Shown: positions 13,362 through 20,800 of the stretch, in pieces
Layout of the letters: the number at the start of each line of letters is the position of its first letter
Position numbering within the stretch: position 1 is the stretch's first letter
From: Polynucleobacter sp. MWH-HuK1
GTDB lineage: Bacteria > Pseudomonadota > Gammaproteobacteria > Burkholderiales > Burkholderiaceae
Assembly (NCBI RefSeq): GCF_018881815.1
Contig: NZ_JACVPP010000001.1
Location: 408,979-431,351, forward strand
Reading direction: 5' to 3'
DNA length: 22,373 nt
The notes under the pieces: generated by a model
The model's database searches: none
Seen by the model: the letters and a program-made list of their open reading frames with translations, nothing else
What the model was told of the DNA's origin: nothing
Program-made: the position numbers and the translations under genes

Positions 13362-13571
13362 ATGCGTAAAGAATATGATTTCTCAAAGGCTCGTAAAAAT
13401 CCATATGCTTCTATGCTCAACAAGCCTATAACGATTAGATTGGATGAGGATTCAGTGAGCTACTTCAAGTCTGTATCAGAAGAGGTGGGCATTCCTTATC
13501 AAAGCCTCATTAATCTATATTTAAGAGATTGCGCCGCTTCGCATAAGAAGTTGAACCTTAGCTGGAAGTAG
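13362..13571 (+). CDS. brnA: BrnA-type (CopG/RHH-like) antitoxin, 69 aa, no cognate toxin gene adjacent
   Basis: MRKEYDFSKARKNPYASMLNKPITIRLDEDSVSYFKSVSEEVGIPYQSLINLYLRDCA matches the BrnA pattern as I remember it. ATG 13362 with an AGGTGA Shine-Dalgarno is preferred over the track's TTG 13329. Confidence 0.75.
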   Translation: MRKEYDFSKARKNPYASMLNKPITIRLDEDSVSYFKSVSEEVGIPYQSLINLYLRDCAASHKKLNLSWK

Positions 13572-13580
13572 TCTGGAGGC

Positions 13581-13656
13581 AGGATTGGCTCCTTACCCTT
13601 GGTCGATTTTGCCCTGGGCCATCAAGAAATAAAAAACCACCCGAAGGTGGTTTTTT
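13581..13656 (+). repeat. tRNA-3'-half-like + terminator module, copy F4
   Basis: Sequence is aggattggctccttacccttggtcgattttgccctgggccatca + agaaataaaa + the hairpin aaccacc-cgaa-ggtggtt + tttttt. It starts 10 nt after the stop at 13569-13571. Confidence 0.75.
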
Positions 13657-13690
13657 ATTTGGTTTATGGGTAATTCATTAAGATTGGCTT

Positions 13691-14050
13691 ATGCCTAACT
13701 TATCTAATTTCTTTGGCCCATTTTCTTTTGTTGGCCTTTTAGTTCTTTCAAATGTTTTTATGACATTTGCCTGGTACGCGCATCTTAAAAATCTATCATC
13801 CAAACCTTGGTGGATTGCTGTACTCGCTAGCTGGGCAATTGCTTTACTCGAGTATGTCTTTCAGGTGCCCGCTAATCGGATTGGATTTCAATATTTTTCC
13901 TTGGGACAACTCAAGATTGCTCAGGAGGTGATTACGCTGAGCGTCTTCGTACCATTTGCTGTTTTCTATATGGGCGAACCATTTAAGACCGATTACATAT
14001 GGGCTGGCCTATGTTTGTTGGGTGCGGTCTACTTTATGTTTAGAGGCTAA
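13691..14050 (+). CDS. DMT-superfamily small membrane protein (DUF486 type)
   Basis: The product is 119 aa with 4 TM segments. The FMTFAWYAHLK and EY..QVPANRIG motifs are typical of DUF486. Confidence 0.8.
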   Translation: MPNLSNFFGPFSFVGLLVLSNVFMTFAWYAHLKNLSSKPWWIAVLASWAIALLEYVFQVPANRIGFQYFSLGQLKIAQEVITLSVFVPFAVFYMGEPFKTDYIWAGLCLLGAVYFMFRG

Positions 14051-14126
14051 GGATCAAGCATCCTGGGGCTTGGTCGATTCCGCGCTGATCCACCAAGCAA
14101 TACCAAAGCCACCTTCTGGTGGTTTT
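14050..14126 (+). repeat. tRNA-3'-half-like + terminator module, copy F5
   Basis: It starts on the last base of the stop codon. Sequence is aggat-caagc-atcct (both halves of the anticodon-like stem kept) + ggggcttggtcgattccgcgctgatccacca + agcaatacca + the hairpin aagccacc-ttct-ggtggttt. Confidence 0.75.
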
Positions 14127-14143
14127 ATGTATAGAATTTCTCC

Positions 14144-14698
14144 ATGACAAATCTAAACCAGCTTCCTACAGATTTACCCATCCCTCAAGACGATGGTTCG
14201 ACCAATCATTTGAAGGGTATGAAATTACCCAATGTTTCTTTAAATGCTACCAATGGTAAGACGATTAATATTGGCGACATCAAAGGCAGGCTAGTTATCT
14301 ACTGCTATCCAATGACGGGGCAACCTAACGTAGCATTACCGGATGGCTGGGATCAAATACCTGGAGCAAGAGGTTGCACGCCTCAGAGCTGTTCGTTTAG
14401 AGATCACTATCAAGAACTTCAAGCATTGGGCGCTGAGGTTGTTGGCTTGAGTGTGCAAACTACAGAGTATCAAAAAGAGATGGCAGATAGACTGCACCTC
14501 CCATTCCCGGTTATTAGTGATGTGAATTATGAATTTCAGAAAGCATTGAATATGCCAACCTTTGTAGCTGCAGGCATGACCCTATTAAAGCGCGTCACAC
14601 TTATCGCTAATAATGGCGTCATTGAGGCGGTTCATTACCCGATTTTCCCAAGCGATAGTGATCCAGCGTGGGTAATTGACTATTTGAAGAGTCATTAG
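14144..14698 (+). CDS. Peroxiredoxin (AhpC/TSA, Bcp/PrxQ-like)
   Basis: The thioredoxin-fold pattern LVIYCYP...PGARGCTPQSCSFRD contains the peroxidatic Cys motif. Confidence 0.8.
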   Translation: MTNLNQLPTDLPIPQDDGSTNHLKGMKLPNVSLNATNGKTINIGDIKGRLVIYCYPMTGQPNVALPDGWDQIPGARGCTPQSCSFRDHYQELQALGAEVVGLSVQTTEYQKEMADRLHLPFPVISDVNYEFQKALNMPTFVAAGMTLLKRVTLIANNGVIEAVHYPIFPSDSDPAWVIDYLKSH

Positions 14699-14771
14699 GA
14701 CCGGATCATTGGCCTTGATTGTTTTATCTTGTGCCACGATGAAGCTCTACAACCACATTAGGGTGGTTTTT
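14697..14771 (+). repeat. Degenerate copy F6 of the tRNA-3'-half-like + terminator module
   Basis: It overlaps stop codon 14696-14698. Sequence is aggaccggatcattggccttgattgtttt...gtgccacgatgaagctctac + the hairpin aaccac-atta-gggtggtt + ttt. Similarity to F1-F5 is only partial. Confidence 0.45.
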
Positions 14772-14841
14772 CTTTTGCCTGAGATTTTTAGATGGCTTTT
14801 AAGCGACAATAGAAATTCATAAAGAAGAGCAGGAGACAAGC

Positions 14842-15525
14842 ATGTATAAGCTCATAGCCTTTGATGCTTATGGAACCTTATTTGATGTGTATTCGATGGG
14901 GCAGTTAGCAGAAGAATTGTTTCCAGGTCATGGCCAAGCTTTTGCATTAATGTGGCGCGATCGACAAATTGAATACACACGCTTAGTAACAATGAGTGAC
15001 CCCAACCCAGGTGGAAGTAAATACTATCTACCATTCTGGGAATTAACTATTCGTTCGCTTCGCTATGTTTGTAAGCGCATGCAATTAAATCTCACGGCAG
15101 AGCATGAGAGGCGACTTATGGATCAGTATGCGAAGCTCACCGGCTTTAAAGACAGCTTAAGTGTTCTTAAAACGATTAAAGATATGGGAATCTCGACTGC
15201 GATTTTGTCTAACGGTAGTAGGGAGATGTTGGCAACAGTAGTTGAAAGTAATGGTCTGGCGCCATACCTGGATAAGGTTGTTACGATTGAGGATGTGCGT
15301 TTGTTTAAAACTGCACCACAGGCTTACGAACTTTTATTAAAAGCTTTTCCAGTAAAGAAAGAAGAGATTTTATTTGTCTCAAGTAATGCTTGGGATGCGC
15401 TAGCCGCGAAGTGGTATGGGTTTGATGTATTTTGGGTCAATCGTCTTGGCCATCCTTTTGAAGAGATTGGCGAAAAACCAAACTATGAAGGAAATTGTTT
15501 AGGCAAAGTTTTAGAAGTTATTTAA
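14842..15525 (+). CDS. Haloacid dehalogenase type II (HAD superfamily)
   Basis: It has the N-terminal nucleophile motif FDAYGTLFDV, then WRDRQIEYT, SNGS and a late SSNAWD motif. Confidence 0.85.
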   Translation: MYKLIAFDAYGTLFDVYSMGQLAEELFPGHGQAFALMWRDRQIEYTRLVTMSDPNPGGSKYYLPFWELTIRSLRYVCKRMQLNLTAEHERRLMDQYAKLTGFKDSLSVLKTIKDMGISTAILSNGSREMLATVVESNGLAPYLDKVVTIEDVRLFKTAPQAYELLLKAFPVKKEEILFVSSNAWDALAAKWYGFDVFWVNRLGHPFEEIGEKPNYEGNCLGKVLEVI

Positions 15526-15535
15526 GGAGAAATGC

Positions 15536-15934
15536 ATGTTGCTGATGACTTCAATTATTGCCGCAAGCTTGACTATTATTTTCGTAAAGCTTTCTTTTGC
15601 AGTAATTGGCCTCAGAAGAAAAAATAAAGTTGGCCTAGGAAGCGGGGGTTACGACGATCTTGAAAGAGCTATTCGTGCTCAAGGCAACTTTGCTGAATAT
15701 GTACCGATAGGACTCATTTTGATTGCTTGCCTGGAGTTAAATGGCGCGCCTTGGTGGCTAGTTATTCTTCCGGGCATCACTTTAATCATTGGGCGCTTAA
15801 TTCATGCCAAAGGTATTAATGAGCCGCCACCTAACTTTAGTAGCCGTGTATTGGGGATGAAATTTACTTTTGGGACTCTCATTACATTGGTAATGCTCAA
15901 CATAGGCTGGTCTTTCTATAGCTTGGTTGTATAG
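15536..15934 (+). CDS. MAPEG-family membrane protein
   Basis: The product is 132 aa with RAIRAQGNFAEYVPIGLIL and GRLIHA motifs. Confidence 0.75.
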   Translation: MLLMTSIIAASLTIIFVKLSFAVIGLRRKNKVGLGSGGYDDLERAIRAQGNFAEYVPIGLILIACLELNGAPWWLVILPGITLIIGRLIHAKGINEPPPNFSSRVLGMKFTFGTLITLVMLNIGWSFYSLVV

Positions 15935-16031
15935 AGATTGCCGAATGTGAGATTTTCACTTTAAAAAATCTGCTATAAATTAGTCGTTACTTACGAAGTG
16001 GATTTCATCCAATCAATCAGGATTAAAAATC

Positions 16032-16187
16032 ATGAAAAAATTACTTCTTATTGCCGCATCGGCTGTGTTTGCTATGGCGCTATCAGGCTGTCTTGCCAGC
16101 ACAACTTCTCCTGATGGAGTTAACTGTAACTATGCTCAGGGTAAGCCCATGTGGGAAATGCCGCTAGATTGCCAGGGCGGTCGCTAG
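16032..16187 (+). CDS. Small lipoprotein (51 aa), below the ORF-track cutoff
   Basis: MKKLLLIAASAVFAMALSGC carries the lipobox LSGC. The mature part is Cys-rich and the stop is TAG at 16185-16187. Confidence 0.55.
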   Translation: MKKLLLIAASAVFAMALSGCLASTTSPDGVNCNYAQGKPMWEMPLDCQGGR

Positions 16188-16241
16188 AGGATTGACTTAG
16201 TATTTATTCGGCATCCCATTGTTAATTTGAGATGAGTAAGC

Positions 16242-16976
16242 TTGTCTGATCTGATCCTTCAGGCTCTAGTCCTAGGATCGCTGGGCCTGGGCGCTGGGGT
16301 TTTGGGTGGCGTCATTGGTTTTGGCACCACCATCATACTAATGCCCGCCCTCGTTTATTTTTATGGGCCTATTCAGGCAATTCCCGTTATTGCTTTAGTT
16401 GCAACCGTTGCCAATCTTTCGCGTATTTTTTTGTGGTGGAGCGTCATTCGGTGGCGCGTTTGCATTGTCTATAGTCTTGTAGCTATTCCGTTCACGGTGT
16501 TGGGTGTGAATACTTTGGTGCGGCTTGATGAGCGATTGATCGAAATGACTTTGGGCGGCTTTCTAATTTTGCTGGTACCAATTCGCCGCTGGATGCGTAA
16601 AAAGAATTTTTATTTAAAGCTTTGGCAGATGGGCTTGGTTGGTGCTTTCATAGGCTACTTAACGGGCATTGTTGCGACTACAGGAGCAATCAATACCCCT
16701 TTCTTTTTAGCGTATGGCTTAAGCAAGGGCGCCTTCTTGGGCACGGAGGCAGCAAGCACTCTATCGATTTTATTTACCAAGGGCATAGCATTTCACCAAC
16801 TAGGCTTTTTGAATATTACAGCCATCATGCAAGGACTGCTCATTGGGATTTGTGTTTTGGCTGGCTCAATTTTTTCCAAAAGAATTGTGTTGGCATTGCC
16901 AGAAGATAAATTTCTATTGCTGATGGAGTTAGTCATGTTGCTTTCAGGACTTTCTATTCTGACGATGTCTTTTTAG
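16242..16976 (+). CDS. TauE/SafE-family sulfite or anion exporter
   Basis: It has about 8 TM segments and a GGVIGFGTTIILMPAL motif. The start is TTG at 16242, because the nearby ATG 16232 is out of frame. Confidence 0.75.
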   Translation: MSDLILQALVLGSLGLGAGVLGGVIGFGTTIILMPALVYFYGPIQAIPVIALVATVANLSRIFLWWSVIRWRVCIVYSLVAIPFTVLGVNTLVRLDERLIEMTLGGFLILLVPIRRWMRKKNFYLKLWQMGLVGAFIGYLTGIVATTGAINTPFFLAYGLSKGAFLGTEAASTLSILFTKGIAFHQLGFLNITAIMQGLLIGICVLAGSIFSKRIVLALPEDKFLLLMELVMLLSGLSILTMSF

Positions 16977-17000
16977 TGCGTATTGGTACAAATCACTAGT

Positions 17001-17027
17001 TTGATAAAACCATCGTTCAGTTATAAT
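17001..17027 (+). promoter_or_regulatory. Candidate sigma70 promoter for the glycine riboswitch transcript
   Basis: TTGATA (17001-17006) and TATAAT (17022-17027) are separated by a short 15-nt spacer. The predicted start falls at the beginning of the riboswitch. Confidence 0.4.
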
Positions 17028-17031
17028 TTTC

Positions 17032-17222
17032 ATAAGCAGGAGAGTGAGGGGTCTCCCTCCACCGAAGGCGCAAACTCCCATGAACGCTCAGGTATCCACC
17101 AGGAAGGTACTGCTTATTCTAAATAGCCGTCTGGAGAGCCACCATTTTTATGGTGCACCGAAGGAGCAAGCCCTAAGCTACGCTTAAGGTGAATCTCTCA
17201 GGTATCAAGGACAGGGGGAGCG
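17032..17222 (+). promoter_or_regulatory. Tandem glycine riboswitch (two aptamers)
   Basis: Aptamer 1 reads caGGAGAGtgagg...ctCCACCGAAGGcGCAAactc...CTCAGGtatcc...ctg. Aptamer 2 reads ctGGAGAGcc...gtgCACCGAAGGaGCAAgcc...CTCTCAGGTATCAAGGACAGgg. Both match the GGAGAG / CACCGAAGGGGCAA / CUCAGGCAAAAGGACAG consensus. P1 of aptamer 1 is aagcag (17034-17039) paired with ctgctt (17110-17115). Confidence 0.85.
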
Positions 17223-17395
17223 GCATCCATCAGCGCGACCATGATCCGCTGATGGGCTGCTTTGGGAGAGTCTCCATGCACATTCAGATCGAATAGTTCG
17301 CAAATTTTTATCGCGCCGCAAATGCGGTTTTTAAATTCATCGATATTTCCCAGAATGAATTTTCATTTTGAGTGCTAACTTATTAAGGTAAATGT

Positions 17396-17587
17396 ATGAC
17401 AAACAAATTTGTTGAAGAGGCCCCATACCACCCTGGCTATGAAGATGCTGGTTTTAAAGGTATTGTTTCACCTCTGGCTGCAGAAATCGATCGCTTCAGA
17501 AAAAGCAATTCTCGTTACTTAAGCTTTGCTGATGTAATCGTGGATTTTTGTGTATCCGATCAAAATAAATTACAGCACGCTAAGTAA
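17396..17587 (+). CDS. Small hypothetical protein (63 aa) downstream of the glycine riboswitch
   Basis: It is the only ORF between the riboswitch and the strong terminator at 17598-17623. The Shine-Dalgarno (aagg) is weak and I recognise no family. Confidence 0.5.
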   Translation: MTNKFVEEAPYHPGYEDAGFKGIVSPLAAEIDRFRKSNSRYLSFADVIVDFCVSDQNKLQHAK

Positions 17588-17597
17588 GTGTAAAAAT

Positions 17598-17623
17598 AAT
17601 AAGCCACCCTTGGGTGGCTTATT
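17598..17623. terminator. Bidirectional intrinsic terminator
   Basis: aataagccacc-cttg-ggtggcttatt forms an 11-bp stem between convergent genes (17587 and 17652). Confidence 0.8.
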
Positions 17624-17651
17624 ATTTAAAAGGGGTCAGACTTTTTAGTCT

Positions 17652-18296
17652 TTAAAGATCTAAATTATCTAACGCCAAATTTTCTAGGTGGCTAGTGTCA
17701 GCCCAGCAATCCACTTTCCATGACTGTCCATCATGACTGATCCAGTTGAGGGAGGCATTAGGTACGGCAACAGCTTTTTTAGCATGTAAGAGTTGATTGC
17801 TTGCAATTCTGTACATCATGTCCAATGCGCCGCCATGGCTTACCAATAACACTGTTTTTCCAAGATATTGTTCGCGGATTTTCTCGAGTGTAGTGCTAAT
17901 TCGGTCTGCAAATTGTTGAATGCTTTCTCCGCCGCGTAATTCCTCAGTAACATTTCTGCTCAGGTGAGATCTCCAAAGGTCCGGCTCGAGTTGAGGAGCT
18001 TCATTGGTAGTAAGGCCCTGTAGTGCTCCAAGGTGTCGCTCTCGAAGCCCTGCTTCAGTAATAGCGGACGTATCAAATAATTCTTCAATTGCTTTTGCAG
18101 TTTTGGCAGCCCGCTGGAGATCGCTTGTATACAGCACATCAAATGCAAGACCCATTCTTTTGATTGCGCGCGCCATTTGTTCAGCTTGCGCCAAGCCCCG
18201 AGCATTTAGGTCTATATCTGTATGGCCTTGAAGGCGGCGCTCGGCATTCCAATCTGTCTCACCGTGGCGAACTAAACAAAATCGAGTAATGGTCAT
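17652..18296 (-). CDS. Histidine phosphatase family protein (phosphoglycerate-mutase-like)
   Basis: It has the N-terminal RHGETDWN motif and a later SHGG motif. Confidence 0.85.
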   Translation of the reverse strand: MTITRFCLVRHGETDWNAERRLQGHTDIDLNARGLAQAEQMARAIKRMGLAFDVLYTSDLQRAAKTAKAIEELFDTSAITEAGLRERHLGALQGLTTNEAPQLEPDLWRSHLSRNVTEELRGGESIQQFADRISTTLEKIREQYLGKTVLLVSHGGALDMMYRIASNQLLHAKKAVAVPNASLNWISHDGQSWKVDCWADTSHLENLALDNLDL

Positions 18297-18313
18297 GCAG
18301 TGATGATAAAGAC

Positions 18314-18712
18314 TTAATTGTTTTTTAGAGTCCAGGCGCGCGGATTATGTTCAAAGCCAATGTGCTCATAATATTCGTTTGCCTTGGGTGCTGCCAACAA
18401 GACAATCATGCATTCGGGACCAAGTCGAGTTTTGGTTTCTTCAATCAGTTGCTTGCCAATTCCTGAGCGTTGATATTGTTGATCAACCGCTAAGTCTGCA
18501 AGGTATGCGACATAAGCAAAGTCAGTTAAGGATCTAGAAATTCCCACTAAAGTTTCACCATCCCATGCAGTGATGGTAAGGTTGGCGTTTTTAAGCATGG
18601 CTTCAAAGGTTTGCACATTATGAATCGGGCGACGCTCGCCAAGAGTTGAGCGTTTGTAAAGATCTATCGCCTGCTCGGCATTAATGTTAGCGTTGTCGCG
18701 GTATTCAATCAT
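18314..18712 (-). CDS. GNAT-family N-acetyltransferase
   Basis: It carries the acetyl-CoA binding motif QQYQRSGIGKQLIE and is 132 aa long. Confidence 0.8.
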   Translation of the reverse strand: MIEYRDNANINAEQAIDLYKRSTLGERRPIHNVQTFEAMLKNANLTITAWDGETLVGISRSLTDFAYVAYLADLAVDQQYQRSGIGKQLIEETKTRLGPECMIVLLAAPKANEYYEHIGFEHNPRAWTLKNN

Positions 18713-19212
18713 TTTTCTTTCTCTGTGGATAGCTGATCGCCAATGCTTAGGATTCCAGAACTTAAAACCTCAGCACGAATGCCTCCTCGCCCTTCAAATG
18801 CGTCCATGAAGCTTGGCCTGCTAAGTAGCTGAGCAGGCCTTTCGCACGGAGTACAAAGTTCAGTGCCTAGCATTTGAATGTTCCCTAACTGAAATCGCTT
18901 GCCCACCAGGTTATTCAGTTCAGCTGCGGTGATGCCCTCAAGCGCGATATTTCGGCGTGTTTCTCCAGCGTCAAAAGCGGGCTCATCGCCAGCCTTTAGC
19001 CAGTCATTAGCTGTTTCAATTCCTGATAGGCTAATTAAGCTGATGTGTCGTACCTTAGCAGGCTCCGTTGCGGAATATACTCCTATGCCCATGGCATAGC
19101 GATCTCCCTCAATGCCTATGCCAGTAATGAGTTTGGCGGAGTGAACAGACTGCATGTTTGCTCCAGCGGAGTTCGCAAGATAAATAGCTTGTATATGGGC
19201 GCTCAATTTCAT
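18709..19212 (-). CDS. MOSC-domain protein
   Basis: It has GIEGDRY, RHISLIS and a C-terminal conserved Cys region (LCTPCERP). It overlaps the GNAT start by 4 nt. ATG 19212 (MKLSAHIQ) is preferred to GTG 19239. Confidence 0.75.
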   Translation of the reverse strand: MKLSAHIQAIYLANSAGANMQSVHSAKLITGIGIEGDRYAMGIGVYSATEPAKVRHISLISLSGIETANDWLKAGDEPAFDAGETRRNIALEGITAAELNNLVGKRFQLGNIQMLGTELCTPCERPAQLLSRPSFMDAFEGRGGIRAEVLSSGILSIGDQLSTEKEK

Positions 19213-19286
19213 AGGCAGTAGTTGAATATTACAGCCCACTTGCAGTCGATTGTTAATACAATTAATTCAATACAAGAAAAAGGGTG

Positions 19287-20162
19287 ATGGTGAACAAAGA
19301 AACTAAAGGAATGTTGATTGGCTTTATTGGCATTCTGATTTTTAGCTTAACGCTGCCTGTTAGCAAAATTGCTGTTTTAAGCTTCAACCCATATTTCATA
19401 GCCTTTGGTAGAGCAAGCTTGGCAGGGCTTGTCGCGCTCGCCTACCTTTCCTATAAAAAAGAGGAAATGCCTTCTAAGGTCGATTTTGTAAAGTTTGTAG
19501 TAATAGCTTTGGGAGTTGTATTTGGATTTCCTATTTTTACTACTGTTGCAATGACCCAAGGCTCCTCCTCTCATGGCGCCGTTATTTTGGGAATGATGCC
19601 GCTTGCTACAACGGTGATTGGGGTTCTGCGTTTTAAGGAGCGACCCTCATTAGGTTTTTGGCTGGTGTCTCTGTTAGGGGCTGGCTTGGTTGTTTTATAT
19701 GCCTTGCTCAAGAGTTCGGGAAGCTTTACCTATATTGATGGACTATTAGTCTTGGGCGGCATCAGTGCATGTATTGGCTATGTTGAGGGCGGCGAGCTAT
19801 CGAGAAAGATGAATCCCCGCGCAGTAATTTCTTGGGCATTGGTAATTTCATTGCCGCTAAACCTAGTGATGGCATGGCTGACATATAGCCCAGAATATAT
19901 TTCTGCAGGTGCAGTAGCATGGACTAGCTTTATTTATCTGAGCCTATTCCCCATGTTTCTTGGATTCTTCTTTTGGTATGAGGGCCTTGCAATTGGGGGC
20001 ATCGCAAGAGTTAGTCAAGTGCAGCTAATTCAACCTTTTTGCACTTTAGTGGCAGCCAGCATTTTGCTAGGCGATTCACTCACGGTAATGAACTTAATCT
20101 TCGCGGTTTTGGTGGTGTCTACAGTCATACTAGGAAAAAGAATGTTAGTGAGAAGAGCTTAA
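19287..20162 (+). CDS. DMT-superfamily (EamA-like) transporter
   Basis: It has ten TM segments and a duplicated EamA-like architecture. The start is ATG 19287, or GTG 19284. Confidence 0.8.
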   Translation: MVNKETKGMLIGFIGILIFSLTLPVSKIAVLSFNPYFIAFGRASLAGLVALAYLSYKKEEMPSKVDFVKFVVIALGVVFGFPIFTTVAMTQGSSSHGAVILGMMPLATTVIGVLRFKERPSLGFWLVSLLGAGLVVLYALLKSSGSFTYIDGLLVLGGISACIGYVEGGELSRKMNPRAVISWALVISLPLNLVMAWLTYSPEYISAGAVAWTSFIYLSLFPMFLGFFFWYEGLAIGGIARVSQVQLIQPFCTLVAASILLGDSLTVMNLIFAVLVVSTVILGKRMLVRRA

Positions 20163-20208
20163 TCAATTCTTCGTTTAATTTTTTTAGGTGTTGAGGAAGT
20201 AATTAATA

Positions 20209-20227
20209 AGCCCCGATTGACGGGGCT
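20209..20227 (+). terminator. Hairpin terminator after the EamA gene
   Basis: agccccg-attga-cggggct is followed by a weak T-rich tail. Confidence 0.5.
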
Positions 20228-20274
20228 CATTATTCAGAATAGCAGTTAAACCCTGCAAAAGCTATGATGTAGAC

Positions 20275-20511
20275 ATGATGAATTTACCCAGCTTAGTTTT
20301 TGCCCTTGTGATGGGCTTCTTAATGTCTCTGAGTATTACCCTGGCCACTACTTTTGTACGGGTTGGCCCCGCAGAAAATTTCTTTTGGGTATGGCTTGAG
20401 GTTTGGGTTGTGGCCTATCCGGTAGCGATTGTCTGCATTTTGATTTATAGACCGGTTGCCAGCAAAATTACCGGAAAGATTCTACAAAAGCTGGACCGTA
20501 ATAAATTCTAA
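20275..20511 (+). CDS. Small two-TM membrane protein, DUF2798-like
   Basis: The product is 78 aa. The pattern FLMSLSITLATTFVRVG...FFWVWLEVWVVAYPVAI fits my recollection of DUF2798, which is unverified. Confidence 0.6.
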   Translation: MMNLPSLVFALVMGFLMSLSITLATTFVRVGPAENFFWVWLEVWVVAYPVAIVCILIYRPVASKITGKILQKLDRNKF

Positions 20512-20532
20512 ATACGTCTTAGCGAACCTTAA

Positions 20533-20778
20533 ATGAACACATTAATAAAAAATTTCATGCTTAGCCTAAGCGCCATATTTATATTGAGTGCTTGTGCTGC
20601 GGTGTATACCGATGCTTCTGACTCCAATCACGTTACCCTCTTAAATAGTAGTGGAGAGTCTATTGAGCAGTTAACAAAAAAAGCAAATTCTTATTGTGCG
20701 CAATACGGTAAAACGGCTTCATTCAGAAGCAGCGATACTCAGTTGGTTGCTGTATTTGATTGCAAGGCGCCGCGTTAA
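20533..20778 (+). CDS. Small lipoprotein
   Basis: The signal peptide carries the lipobox ILSAC. Length is 81 aa. Confidence 0.6.
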   Translation: MNTLIKNFMLSLSAIFILSACAAVYTDASDSNHVTLLNSSGESIEQLTKKANSYCAQYGKTASFRSSDTQLVAVFDCKAPR

Positions 20779-20800
20779 TTTATTAAAGCAGTTGAATGAA

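Noticed and set aside
13956-14147. The 63-aa ORF overlapping the end of the DUF486 gene and module F5
   Set aside because: It is an alternate frame of a well-supported membrane-protein gene and it runs through the repeat module.
2761-14771. A classical integron (IntI + attI + attC cassettes)
   Set aside because: No IntI-type integrase or attI is visible, and the repeats lack the R''-L''/L'-R' (RYYYAAC...GTTRRRY) attC architecture. Only the cassette-like layout is analogous, so I kept it as an analogy in the findings rather than as a call.
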